From NCBI GenBank assembly GCA_965153285.1, contig OZ229122.1: a stretch of 64,000 nt of DNA. The stretch is one strand, 5' to 3'. Below, piece after piece: positions 1-12,524 of the stretch; the stretch's first letter is position 1; each line of letters begins with the position of its first letter. Under the pieces are notes generated by a model, which was not told the DNA's origin, made no database searches, and worked only from the letters and a program-made list of their open reading frames with translations. The stretch is from Podarcis tiliguerta. Taxonomy: Eukaryota. Both the position numbers and the translations under genes were made by a program.

Positions 1-1673
1 ACTTTTGTCAGTAGGGGAAACTGGTGACCTCTTGTTTATGGATATGGAGAACATCACTGCTCATCACCTTGGATTCTTGCCCGGTGATTCAGAGATCTTG
101 TTTTTGTATATTTCCATTGCTCTCGAGGCCCGTGATTTCCCTTTATTTCAATATCCTTTTGTTGTGGTTTTACTTTTGTCAACTTAACAATGCAATTGGG
201 GAGTTTTCTCTCCCTAATTCCTCCTGTCATAGCAGTGATTTGGCACACCCGTGTTTCCTCTCTGATTTGCATACGAGATTATTTACAACCAAGCATCTAT
301 CCTTGATCCAGCTATGAATCAGAGGGAGTGTTGGAATTTAACTTCCTTTCTTGCAGCGTCATTGCATCTGATTCCACTCTCAGGGCAATTCCATGGCAGA
401 ATTGTGGAAATGGATAGATAAGGTCTGTGAAACCCACTATCCAAGGCTGGACTGCTTAGCTTTTAAACACTTGGTGGTGCAGTTGATTTTGTAACCTGTC
501 TTTGTACATTCCTCAATTATGCCACATAGAACAGATCTGAGCACAATTGGCACTGGATTCAACAGTTGACCAATCTCTGTGTTCATTTCTTCTTTAAAAA
601 AGAAGTTTCTAGTCCTCTTGGGATATTTGCAGCAGGTGCTCAATCACACCTTGTTCATTTTTCTTTTTTTAGTGTTCTAACATGCAATGTGTGGTAAGAG
701 GAAGTTAAGTCTTTACATTTATATAGTGCAGGGGTAGGGAATTGGTTATAACTAGCGGGCCAGATCATTCTCCGTCTCTCTACCAACAGCCAGGTCCAAA
801 TTTGACAAGTGGGCAGGGCCACCACCTATCATTCATCTGACATCACACAATGACATCAAGTGACCCTTATTTGCCCACATGGTTTGAAATCAATGTGCTG
901 GCAGAGGGACAGCCTTCAAAGTGCCAGTGATTAACTGATCTTCGGATCTTGGGAATCCCCTTGCAGACTGCTCTGGAAGACCAGATGATCTTACTGGATC
1001 TTGACAGACTCTTCACAGGACTCGATGATCAGCTGATTCTTGAACGTTGCAAAGCCCTGTGCGCAGTGCTTTGCTGGTGCCACCAATCAGCTGATCGCCA
1101 ATCCTGCAAACCCCCATTTGGCTTGAGCCAGGTCTTTATGCATCCCATACCTGACATCAGGCATAGGGCAGGTGTGCAGCGCTTGTCCAAAACGGCCTCA
1201 CAGAACAAATTGGGGGCAGTGGGCTGGCAAAGCCTAATTATGCTTGCAGGCCGGAGCTTCTCCACCCCTGACAGACTGCTTTCATATGCCCAATTTTTTT
1301 CACTTACGTTACTATGTTGTAATCCTTCCAATAGTTGTGCAGAGTAGGTCAGTGCTATTATTCCCATAATGCAAATGTGGGGCTATTGCCTGAGAGAAAA
1401 TGGCTTGAGGCCTTCCTTGTGGAGGTAACATACGTTGAACACTTGGAAATTCTAAATTGTGGTGCTGTTAGTTCAGTGTAACATTGTTGAACATTAGGAT
1501 GGCGATCCAACATGATCAAAGTGACTTGCCAGAAACCTGCTGCTGCTGCTGCTATCTTGTTATCCCAAGCCCCTCAGGCAATCATTAGAAAAGGGAAGGA
1601 AGGTCCAATTCAATGGCATTTCTTGTTTGGGATGCAAGTAGTCACCAAACTCTGGTATTTTCTCTACTATCAG

Positions 1674-1754
1674 CAGACCGCACGATGAGCACTTCGCTGT
1701 CCGCCTCGCAGCTGCACACAGTCAGCATGAGAGATCCTCTCAACAGAGTCCTAG
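1674..1754 (+). CDS. MED24: MED24 third-from-last coding exon (81 nt, phase 1/1)
   Basis: Acceptor ctatcag|CAGAC, donor CTAG|gtaagc; encodes DRTMSTSLSASQLHTVSMRDPLNRVL. Confidence 0.93.
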
Positions 1755-4700
1755 GTAAGCCTCTTCAGTCCTAGCTAAGCGGAGGGGAAAGTTATAGAAG
1801 CAGACCGGGCACCCAGCTGGCCTGGTTGAAATGTAGCTCAGTTTATGTGGGGCTTCGTTTGATGGTCACTAGGGGTTCAGCAGTGAAACCTGCTTTTGAT
1901 AGAGGCGGAAGGGGTCTTTGAAGTCATCTAGTCCAACCCCTTCTTTATCAGTGCACAATCTGCAGTCTAAAATGATGACATCTCTGCCAGGTGGTCATCT
2001 AGACTTGGCTTAAATCAAAGCAGGGGAACCTATCCCCTCCTGAGGCAGTCTGTTCCATTGTCAGGCAGCACTATGTTAAATCTCTCCAGTACCATGAACT
2101 CCCTGCTTGGTGGCCTTGGGCAAGCCACAGCCTGCCGGTGTGCGGTTACTGATGTTGGTATAAACTGAATCTGGGATCTTGTGGCTGCCAAACGATAACC
2201 TGTTGAAGATATAACCGCACTTTGTGGGGTTCTTGTAAGGATCACAGAGAAAAGATGCACTTGAAATTCTATCTATAGATATAGATGCATGTATGTATGG
2301 TGAATATTACTATTAACATTATTAGTCGTACCTTGGAAGTTGAATGGAATCCGTTCCGGAAGTCCGTTCGACTTCCAAAGCATGGCTTCTGCAGCCAATC
2401 GGAAGCCGCGGAAGCCCCATCGGACATTCAGCTTCCAAAAGAATGTTCAAAAACTGGAACAGTCATTCCGGGTTGCGATCGCTCGGGAGCCAAAATGTTT
2501 GAGAACTAGGGTGTTTGAAAACCAAAGTATGACTGTATTTTAAAAAACTGAAAAGGCCTCAAAATAGGGGTTTAGAGGAGACAATACTTAGTTCCTTCCT
2601 CTTCTGCTCCCCAGCCAACCTCTTCCTGCTGATTTCTTCTATCTTGGGAGCCAAGACAGCCGGGACACACACACAGTTTGTTCAGTGGTTCATGGAGGAG
2701 TGCGTAGACTGCTTGGAGCAAGGAAGCCGTGGCAGCATCCTCCAGTTCATGCCCTTCACCATGGTGAGCGACTCCCATTTTCCTCTTGAAGATTTCTGTA
2801 GTTTATCTTTGGACTCTTGGTCCATTGCTGCTCTCTAGCAAAGCTTTTGGCTTATAGGGGGTTGCAGGGAGACTTCTTCCATGTGACCTGAGTAAAGGCC
2901 CATTCCCTGCAGTTTTCCTCACTCAGCAGTCACAATTCAACATGGCCCCTGGGAAGTAAGGAATCATTAAGGGAAACCACCTCCATACCTTTGAGTGCCC
3001 TATTTTAGCCCCTTGAACTTCTGAGCCGTGTGGAAAGAACTGTCACCTAGATCTCAGTCCTAGTTGGTTCTTTGCACTTCAGAGTTCAGTTTTGGATGAA
3101 TTTAACAGATAGAGAACCACATAATGTTAGGGGTGTTGTTTCCAAAGTGGCTAAACAGTGGTGTACAAAACAGGTGGGTTTTGTGTGTGGTGACGATGCA
3201 CTATATGCCAGCAAAAGTGTTACTATGAGCTGGGGGTGGGGGGTGGGGATGCCTTTTAAGTACCCAACAGTCATATGACTTGGCCCAGAAAGGCACAAGC
3301 AAATCTTCCCTTTGCAGTTCCCCAATGCATGTAGACCAGTCTTCTCCAACGTGGTGCCCTCCAGATGTTGCTGGACTGCAGCTCCTATCTTCCCTGACCG
3401 TTGGCATTGTTGGCTGAGACTGGTGGGAGACATAGTATAGAACATCTGAAGAGCACCAGATGGAGGAAGGCTGGTACAGATGATCCATATGAATCCTAAG
3501 AGTTCAAGTCTCTTTGGTTCTCTGTTCTTAGGAAAGGCAAACACTAGAGGGAGTCTGTTGGCAGGAACTGACAGCTCCAGAGACAATGACAGAGGAGTAA
3601 GTGAGGGTCACCCTAAGCTGTAATCCTGTGTACAATTACTTGGTGTAAAGCCCATCGAACACAGTGGGACTTAACTGCTGATTAAGCTTGCATAGGAATG
3701 TACCGTTAAACACCTATCATAGGTTGAGAGAAAATGTACTCAAGGAACATAATTGATCCATTTCTTTGACTCGTACATGCACATACCTTCCTCTTTGAAG
3801 AAGCACTAGAGATGTGAGTTTTGCAGAAATATGAAGGTGGGAATTGTCCCCAGCTTTTGATGGTGTCTGTTGTGTGCATGTAAAGCTATATGTTTAAAGC
3901 TTTATTGAGTTTGCACATTACAGAATGTTGGGGTTGATGTAGAATGTAATCTTGCAGACTTTTCAAAATCATGTGAATGGAAAAACAGTTGAGAGGGAAC
4001 AATCGTAGAAAGGAACAAAATAATAATAACTGTTGTCATTATTATATTTATTCTGCTTTACCTGTTATTCCACTTTGAGCATAACAGGTAAGGTTTCAGT
4101 ATCTCCTCAGCTACTGTTAATCCTATGCTGGGAGTGCCTAGGCCAGAAGGTATAAATTCTCACTATCAACCTCTTCTTAAAGGGAAAAAGATCTCATGGG
4201 GAAATCTACTCCCTCACCACCCTGGAATTTCCAGCTTCCTCAGCATCCAAAAGACTCTGGGAAAAGAGGGTTGTGTAAAGGCCAATTAAAGATTTTCATG
4301 CCTTGAGGAAAAGCAGAAAGGAGGAAGCCCAGGCCAAGGAGTTTAGGTCATCAGCTCCTGAACAAACTTCCAGTAGCCTGAGATAATCCTGCTGTTCTCT
4401 TGTAACTCTCCATATCCCCTGTATTTCAAATTTGTTAACTGCCCAGAATGCCTTGGCAGAAAGACAGTAAAAAAAATAATATTGACCTTTTGTAGCCATT
4501 TATAGCCTACAATTCCGTGAATCATGCCCAAGTCTGCTAATATTTACAAGTGCAGTAAATAAATATAAACACCCCTACACGCGGTATGAGACACAGGCTA
4601 GGCAGTGCATCTGGACCAGTGCCACAAGCTCTCTTGAATTGTTGCTTTGCCATGGAGGGAAATGGGTCGCTTCAAAGATAACTAGCTCACTCTGCTAGTA

Positions 4701-4875
4701 TCTACTTGCCACTGACATGTCCTCCTTGACCTCTTTCCCCCTCTTTACTTCTGGGCAGGTGTCGGAGTTGGTGAAAGCATCCACCATGTCTAGCCCCAGA
4801 ATTGTGCTGGCCATCACGGATCTCAGCTTGCCTCTGGGACGCAGGGTGGCGGCCAAAGCCATCGCAGCCTTATGA
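1674..4875 (+). CDS. MED24: Mediator subunit 24, 3' part (last three coding exons 1674-1754, 2615-2763, 4759-4875); gene begins upstream of window
   Basis: Spliced translation DRTMSTSLSASQLHTVSMRDPLNRVLANLFLLISSILGAKTAGTHTQFVQWFMEECVDCLEQGSRGSILQFMPFTMVSELVKASTMSSPRIVLAITDLSLPLGRRVAAKAIAAL* matches the recalled MED24 C-terminus; GT-AG introns with consistent phases. Confidence 0.96.
2323..2535. mobile_element. Non-autonomous Tc1/mariner (Tigger-like) MITE in MED24 intron
   Basis: Degenerate TIRs agtcgtaccttgg ... ccaaagtatgactg, followed by TA. Confidence 0.65.
2615..2763 (+). CDS. MED24: MED24 penultimate coding exon (149 nt)
   Basis: Acceptor ctccccag|CCAAC, donor ATG|gtgagc; NLFLLISSILGAKTAGTHTQFVQWFMEECVDCLEQGSRGSILQFMPFTM. 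Confidence 0.96.
4759..4875 (+). CDS. MED24: MED24 last coding exon
   Basis: Acceptor gggcag|GTG; VSELVKASTMSSPRIVLAITDLSLPLGRRVAAKAIAAL then TGA at 4873-4875. Confidence 0.96.
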   Translation: MSELVKASTMSSPRIVLAITDLSLPLGRRVAAKAIAAL

Positions 4876-5854
4876 GCATCCCGTGGGCCCTGCTGCGGGG
4901 GAGACGGGGAACCCTAAGAGCAAAATCCCACCCATGGGATAATGTTCCAAGGAAGCTGCCACGTGGTGTGCATTGAATTGTGTACATGCTCTACAGAAGT
5001 GGGCATTGCTGTGATGAGAAAATACGCCAGGGCAGACCCCTGAGTCAGTTTCCAAGGCATCTCAAGAGTGTCCTTCCAGTCGGTTTGGAGTCCCCATGGT
5101 TGCCATCCCAGCTTTTCCAAGAAACCTTGGCGTTCCAAGTCTTTCAAGCCACACTTCCACTTCTCACACCTGTGACATCTGAATGTGTCCATCAGTTTTT
5201 GCTAATACTTCCCCTCCCCTTTTGTTTGTCTTGTTTTATAAATGCCTGGGTGTATCTTTTTCTCTTTAATGGTCAAATACTTGAACGAAGCTACATTTAC
5301 AAGCAGCACATCCCATTACAAGGTGTCTCAGAAGTGCCATGGTTTTTGATATTTTTATGTTTAAAAAAGTTACAGAAATCATTGTAAAAACAGCTATATT
5401 CTTTTATATATATGTATGTGTGTGTATATATATAGTTTTTATTCATTTTCAACAATATAGCAGTTTAACAATGTATAACATGTATTCTCAATCTAAAAAA
5501 TACAAAAACAAATTTAAAAAGTTTCTGATCAAGACATCATTATAATTACATTTAACAATTTTCTAATTAGGTCCATTATGTTTCAGCATGGAAAAAAGCC
5601 AGCCTGGTCTGGGGCAACCAGTTTGTACAATAAGTGTTTTATATGATTGGCTAGCACTTGTAATCTTGATTTATCAAATAGCTTTATTCTATACTACTAT
5701 TTTCCTCTTCAGGAATATAGAGGCTGAATTTTGCAAACAGGATAATGTTGACAATCCTACATGCTTCCCCTCCTTGTCTTTGTGTATATAAGTTTAGACA
5801 ATTTCAGTTGCTTTTTTGTATAAATACTGGGGAGAATCCTTTTTGTCCCCTCTT

Positions 5855-5860
5855 AATAAA
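5855..5860 (+). terminator. Probable MED24 polyadenylation signal AATAAA
   Basis: AATAAA about 1 kb after the stop, followed by U/GU-rich sequence (ttcattttgtg...tatgtttgt). Confidence 0.6.
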
Positions 5861-6319
5861 TTCATTTTGTGAAACACAGAGCTATGTTTGTCCCCTGGTT
5901 CCATGATCATACCTTGGAAGCAGAGAGTTTGGGATTGCACACATAACTGAACATCCTGGGAATCTCAGCAAATTTCTGATCATTATGGATGCAAAAATAG
6001 GCTTTGAAAAGGAGGCTGTTTTTGGTGGGAATCCCAAGAGCTGAGATAGGATAGTGTTGGACTATTGAGCAGGGGTTTCAAGGCCCCCAACCTCATTTTA
6101 TTTAGCCCACAGCACGTTAAAATTAACAGGGAGTCTTGCGTTAGCTTTATTATGGCATAAGCTTTCGTGAACTGGAGTCTACCATCGAAAAAATCTTATA
6201 CCATATTAAATTTGTTAGTCTTTAAGATGCCACTAGACTTTGAATTTTCTGCTACAGCAGCCTAACCTGGTTACCCTTCTGGAAAAACGTTTGCCTTAAA
6301 ATTGGTTGCCTTTATATTC

Positions 6320-9300
6320 CTGATCTAGGATTGCTGTAGATGAGGAAGTGCCACTAAGCCCCTATGGTTTCCTGGAAATTCCATAATTTGTGAATGTGAT
6401 CGCTCGTCGTAAACCGTTTGTCTTATTTTATTGCACCCATGAGTAATAGGCAGTTCATCCTGCATTCCTTCTGATCCTTGAGGCAAGGTTAAGGGGTGGT
6501 GGTTTTTTTTAAATTACCTTTGGAATTGTTTCCTTGCAATATACCATGGAAGACTTGGTGAGGATCATTAAGGAGATAGCTGTAAAGATTATTGCGACCA
6601 GCAGTTGAGTTCTTTGTGACATGGCTTGAACCTGCCTCCCAGTGTATAGCAGATTGCGTTTGAGTTCTAGCAAGTTGGACATGGGATGTCAGAGAGCTGG
6701 GTGGCTTACAAATTGGGGAAGAAGAGTCTGACCAACAGACTCTGCCAGAGGCTTTGTGTCATGCACTTATATGCCACACAGCTGGGACAGTTTCCTAATG
6801 AAAGTGGTGGGGTTGCTGATCTAGAACCCAACCATTCATGCTGGGTGAAACTCAAAGCTGAAAACAGTAAGACTTTGTGATGACGTTGGCCCCACCCCAC
6901 TTCCACATGCATTGTAGGATGGCAAAACTGCAGCCATGTCAGATAGACTCCCACCTAGCCTCAAGCAACTTGTGGGTGGAGAGAAAAGTTGTCCAGAATC
7001 CATTCATGGAGTTGAATGGGCTTTGCTCATTTGGTGGGGGCGGAATTCAGTTGTCCCAGTTCTGTAAGGAAGTGGTTTTCCCTCCAGATCAAAACTGGTT
7101 AATTAAGTGCGTACAGAAGAAATATGGGCAGGAAATTCAAGCAAGTGAATGAAACTGTAATCACTTGGTGAAGGTGCATGAAAACCCCTGCCCACTGAAC
7201 GGTCCAACCTCAGGGATGGGGTGGCAGTTCCTTCCCCAACACAAGTACCATTCATGTCCTGAGCCAATATTTGTTTGCTAAAAGCAGTCAGTGCAGAAGG
7301 GCCGAAAAGAGTTTCTTGTGAAACTTATTCTGACACTTCCAGCTAACGTCCAAAGCATCAGACTCCTGCTGCTTCGCCTGCAGAAAGATGTTGCAGGGGG
7401 CTTAATATTTAGTTATGTTCTCTACAGCCATGGCAGGCACTGCAACCTGCCCCCAAAGGCGCATTCCTCCATTGTCTCCTGAAACGGACTGATGATATTA
7501 CCTATCTATATGAATGCATCCATATAGCCCGCAGTCTAAAGTGATACAATCCATTCTGCCACCCTCATTCCTTCCTCATTGTGCTGCATGTGTAGACCAA
7601 GCCTGAGCTGGATGCACATCTAAAACTTGTGCATGTTCCCACAGCTAAGATGCCAAATCATCACACTGGACATAACCCACAGGCTTGGAAAGAAGAGTCA
7701 CTCATGCATTCTCTTTTCCCCACCCTGCCCTCTTTCCTTCTGTATGGGAGCCAAATATTATTGGGGCTGAGTCTAATGATATGTTTAGTGGTTCAGAAGT
7801 CCCTGATACCTTAAAGGGAGGGGGGCTAGGGAAATTCCCAGGATCTTCAGTAAGCCCTTCCTGATCTCCCATTGGATCCAGTAATATCTGAGTGTAATTT
7901 ACAGGTATTCCTAAAGCCGTTTCATTCAGGATATCCTGGGTGTCATAGCAGCTCTTGCACATTTGCGTCAAGCGTTTCCCAATATGAATCATGAAACCCC
8001 AGAGAGTCTGAGGCATTCTGGACATGAGCAGGACCTAAGCATGAGGTAAGGAAACCTCACCACCTGCAAGCCATGCTTGTGGGAATTGCCTGTGATGTAC
8101 AAAGAAGACGGCAAAAGAAAAACTGGGAATGAGCAGGGCTTCCAATCAGATTCTGGACTATTTGTTTGGCTGGCGCATGGCAACATCCCCATGTCTCAAT
8201 CACACACAGGCACACAGCCAGCGCACAGCTAGGGTGAAAGAGATTGCCAACCAATCGCTGCAAACTGGACTCCGCTGATATGTAGTCCATACAAATTTTA
8301 ATGGGAATTGTGATCTGAACTCGGTAGGGTGGTCAGCCTTTTGCCTGGTTGGCTTGGTGAAACACGTAAAAGGGACCCTAGTGGATTTGGAGTCGATGCT
8401 GTTCTTGGAGTCTGGGTTGTGTTTCCTTCCTGTTTGGCTGGATGAGGAAGCAACAACTGACCCCAGATCATCGTCCAGAACACTGTTGGTTGCCAGGATT
8501 TGCACTGGAGCAAGTACGCATGAAATTAATCTCAGGGTGACTCAAAATAAAGTGGTTACACTCTGTATTGGAGAGTGCTTATGTCTGTTTCCCCCCTTTC
8601 TTATTTCCTGTGAACAAGATATAAATAGCAGCATGAGTGGTCGTCCAATTCTTATGTAACCCCCTAGAGTTGGAGTGACTTCTTCAAAACGAAAGAGTGG
8701 GCCATAAATCCCATAGCCCAGGGAGGGGATGATCAAGGTCTACTGCCTGTGACAGCAGTTGATTGACGTTGGTAGTGCAAGGGACTACGGAGGCCATAGT
8801 TGTAAATCTAGGGAGTTGAAATATGATGGAGGCCTTTGGCATGCGGAAAGTACGTCTGCAGAGCCTAGGTTCTAGCATGACAGGGTGTGATAAGAATGTG
8901 AAAAGAACATAGCCCCAATGAAGCAAACTACCAGCCCCTCTCCCTCCCCATCTTCCTGTTAGAGACTGCAGTGGCCCAACAGCAGAAGTGAGTAGTCTGT
9001 GGGCTGTATCTGCATGCGCCCCCAGCAAATTAGCAAATTTGAAAATCCAAACAGCTGCCAAAATAGCTACATCTCAAAACAGGGACATGTTTATTGTTTT
9101 GTAATCAGAACAGTGTATGCTTTCAGATCAGAGAAGTAGCACCTGATACTATGTTATATTGAGTTCTATTTTTCTATAGTGTATTGCATGTTTTTATTGA
9201 AGATACAGGGGCAAAATTATATGAAAGTCCAGCAGCTGTTTTATTTCCCTTGCATTTGGATACACTCTAAATCAGCAAAAGGAAAAACTAGAGATGATTG

Positions 9301-11880
9301 ACGCACACAAACTGAGGAGAAGCAGGTGACAGTTGCAAACAAAAACTCTTTAAATGTCTTGTCTCATTCAAAATCCAAACATTTTAAAATTTTATCATCT
9401 TACAGCTGTCATTGTGCAGACTCTCTGTGCAAGATTTCATGAAGTTGGGACAAATAGTCAACACAAATAGAAATGGATAACTAAGGAGTATTCCAAGCCA
9501 GTGTGAAACTTATACATTTTTGAAAACTGCTTTTTTTATCCAAATTCATGGTCAGAGTCGCAAGCTTGTCCGGTTGACCCAAACTGAAAGCAATGTTGGT
9601 TTGTGGGACAACCAAGCTCTCCTGTTGAGAAGTTCAGTTCTTTTTGTTGGTAGCTTCAGATACTTCTCAACATTTTGCAACTCAAGACTCTCCTTCCCTT
9701 GGCCCAGTCTGTTGAATCTAAGTCAAGCTGATGCGCTTGTCAAAACCGAGGTTAGGAAAATGTGATTTCTGCAGGGATCTGTCTGAACGTGTGGAAAGCA
9801 GAAGGAAATCCTTTCGCTTTCTAAGAGCTTGGCCTAGCAGAATACGTCATCAAGTCAGAATTGGGCAACAATGAGGAATGACTTCAAAGAATCCCACAGA
9901 TGTCTGAGGAACCTCAAAGTAGGGTGGGGTGTCATGCTCATTTTGGTGCCAAATTTTGGTGCCCAAATTTCAAGCAGGAAGCTAAGAATGAGGGAGAGTG
10001 AACAACTTCACGGTACCCAACTTTTCAACTTCCGCTAACCCACTAGAGTGGTTGTATGTTGGATCATATCTGTGAAATCCAGCTTTCCTTGCCTCCTCAA
10101 CCAAAGTCATGTTCCTTCCTTCATAGCAGTCAATTATTTTAAACATTCCACTGGCCCCTTCAAATAATTTGTGACCAACCACAAAACTCGGAAAGCACCA
10201 CTGTCAGGATGAAAAGATTGCCAGCAGCTTGAAATAAGAATAATGCCAGACCCAACACAGTCGGAACACATCCTCTTTTTGGGCTATTTTTTTGGTGGTT
10301 CAAAATCAGCTGAAGTGAGTGAAGTAGTACATGTTAACATTTAAAGGCACCCGCCGTAAGTAAAGAGCCCCTCCCCAAGATGATTAAGTCCAAAGTCCAA
10401 ATTGCTTAACTGCACAGCTGTCTGGATTACATACTAAGGATATTCAACATAATGCTAAATCCTGATGTTTGGAAACAAGTAAGCTTCCCCATCCCCATCT
10501 CCCCTTTCTGCTTTGCATTTTAAGGGTTTTTTCCTTGTTTGCTTTCCCACTCTCCTTATTGTCCCCCCCCCCTTCTTTCTCTTTTTCCAGTATTTGGTCT
10601 TAACCTTCCAACAATAAGCTCTTAACCTTTCGTTTTCTGCACCTCTCTGCTCCTGCAACCTAGACAAACAGCAAGCAGGAAGTGCCACCGAATAATGTAG
10701 CAATTTTGGAAAACTTTCTGGTCTGGGGCTGATATGTCATGGCAAGCTGCCCAGGAAATGGAAAAGTAGGTATGAACCAACAAGCTTCGACAGAGATCTG
10801 ACCCTGTGACCGAGTTTGGGTAATCCTAGTGCAAAAGTTTCTTTGCCTCAGGAACCATATGTGAATGTGTTGCACTTCTGAAAGACCCAGACCATTTCCA
10901 CACCATACAATTAAAGTGCTACGATACCACTTTAAACAGTCGTGGCTTCCCCACAAAGAATTATGGGGGCTGCAGTTTGTTAAGGATGCTAAGAGTTGTT
11001 AGGAGGCCCCTATTCATCCCACAGAGCTATAGTTCTAGGACTGGTCTACCAATCAATCCTTCCTTACAGGAAACTGACAGTTGTAGCTCCGTGAAGGGAA
11101 TATAGACCTCCTCACAATTCTCACCAGCTCGGCCGCACCCACATCTGGGCAGGGGGCTTGCCTGCTGCCACCACTGATTTGCCTCAGGTGGCAAAATACG
11201 GTATATTGGGTCAGCTGTGGTTCCCAGGATTGTGGGAGCGGGAGGGATGTGCTTTAAAGTTATGGTGTGTGTGACTTGAGATCTGTGGTCAGAGCCAGAA
11301 ACTGGGATTGTAAGCCGGCAGACAAAGCAGTGGGAGAGCTGAGTCATGGTTCCTCCTCCCTTCAAATCAAGTCAATAAGATTTTAAGATGACTACCTATA
11401 TCGGAAACCTGGAGAAGTTTGTGGGTGGAACCGCCTCCTCTTTTGCTGTTATTGGGGTGTGGCTACATGCGGTGCTAAATGTGTTGCTGGAAATCTATTT
11501 CAGGTGTGTGACAAATTCAGGTTTAAGTCTGGACGCATTCCACACCAGCCCCATCACCTCAAGGAGCAAGATGGCCCTGGCAGCCATCCAGCTGATAACT
11601 TAGCACCCAGGAAGTGCTACTCTGTTTGCCTTCAGAGTAGGTTCAGCTAGCTCTGGAACATGTCTGAGAGCGACTTGAAGGTGTTTCTTGTTATTCTTGC
11701 CTTGACTATCTGGAGCTTCAAAAAATGTTGCAGGGTGTGTTCGTGTGAGGATTCCTATTTTCTCTTCTGTAGTTTGCTGAAAGGTAGCCCAGCTCAGCTT
11801 ATCCTGATTGTTGATTTCTCTCTGCAGTTTATTAACAGTTGAGGAATTGACTGTTAGTTCACAATCCGTGTACAATCTGC
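6320..11880 (-). pseudogene. Possible decayed multi-exon gene (unidentified)
   Basis: Mostly repeat-poor stretch with several acceptor/donor-bounded 200-700 nt blocks whose minus-strand translations look protein-like but are broken by stops and frameshifts; no family recognised. Confidence 0.25.
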
Positions 11881-12274
11881 AAATAATTGAGCCTGTACCA
11901 TCTTCACATGCAACACTCACCAAATACACACAAATGGTACAAATGAACAGGCGTACACCCTTTCACACAACTACTTGCACATGTACAGAGGCAGCTTGTG
12001 GGTGTGGTCATTGTCATATGTGGACAACTGTGGCGTGAGGTGGCTGCCTAAAATGGCAAGTGCTGGGGATGGGGAATGGCAGTGAGGTGTTCGGAGGGGC
12101 ATGTGCCACAGTGCCTTGCCCTATATCTTTTTAGCCAGAAGTAGCCAACATGGTAACCTCAAAAAGTTGCTGGACTCCCAGTTCCCATCAGCCCCAGCCA
12201 GCATGGCCCATGGTCAGGGATGAGTCCCTGCCCTAAACTAGCTTACTGCATTCAGGTGTGATAAAGCTGCAGCT

Positions 12275-12524
12275 GAAGAAGAAGAAGAGTTTGGATTTGA
12301 TATCCCACTTTATCACTACCCGAAGGAGTCTCAAAGCGGCTAACATTCTCCTTTCCCTTCCTCCCCCACAACAAACACTCTGTGAGGTGAGTGGGGCTGA
12401 GAGACGTCAGAGAAGCGTGACTAGCCCAAGGTCACCCAGCAGCTGCATGTGGAGGAGTGGAGACGCGAACCCGGTTCCCCAGATTACAAGTCTACCACTT
12501 AACCACTACACCACACTGGCTCTC
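12275..12524 (-). mobile_element. tRNA-derived Squam3-like SINE
   Basis: Minus strand begins GAGAGCCAGTGTGGTGTAGTGGTTAAG (A box), has a B-box region and ends in a (TTC)n tail; near-identical copy at 42873-43116. Confidence 0.8.

Noticed and set aside
1-4758. Intronic snoRNA in MED24
   Set aside because: No convincing C/D box pair with a terminal stem seen in these introns
9982-10182. Plakin-repeat-like peptide IIDCYEGRNMTLVEEARKAG
   Set aside because: Single weak resemblance with no neighbouring repeats; insufficient to name
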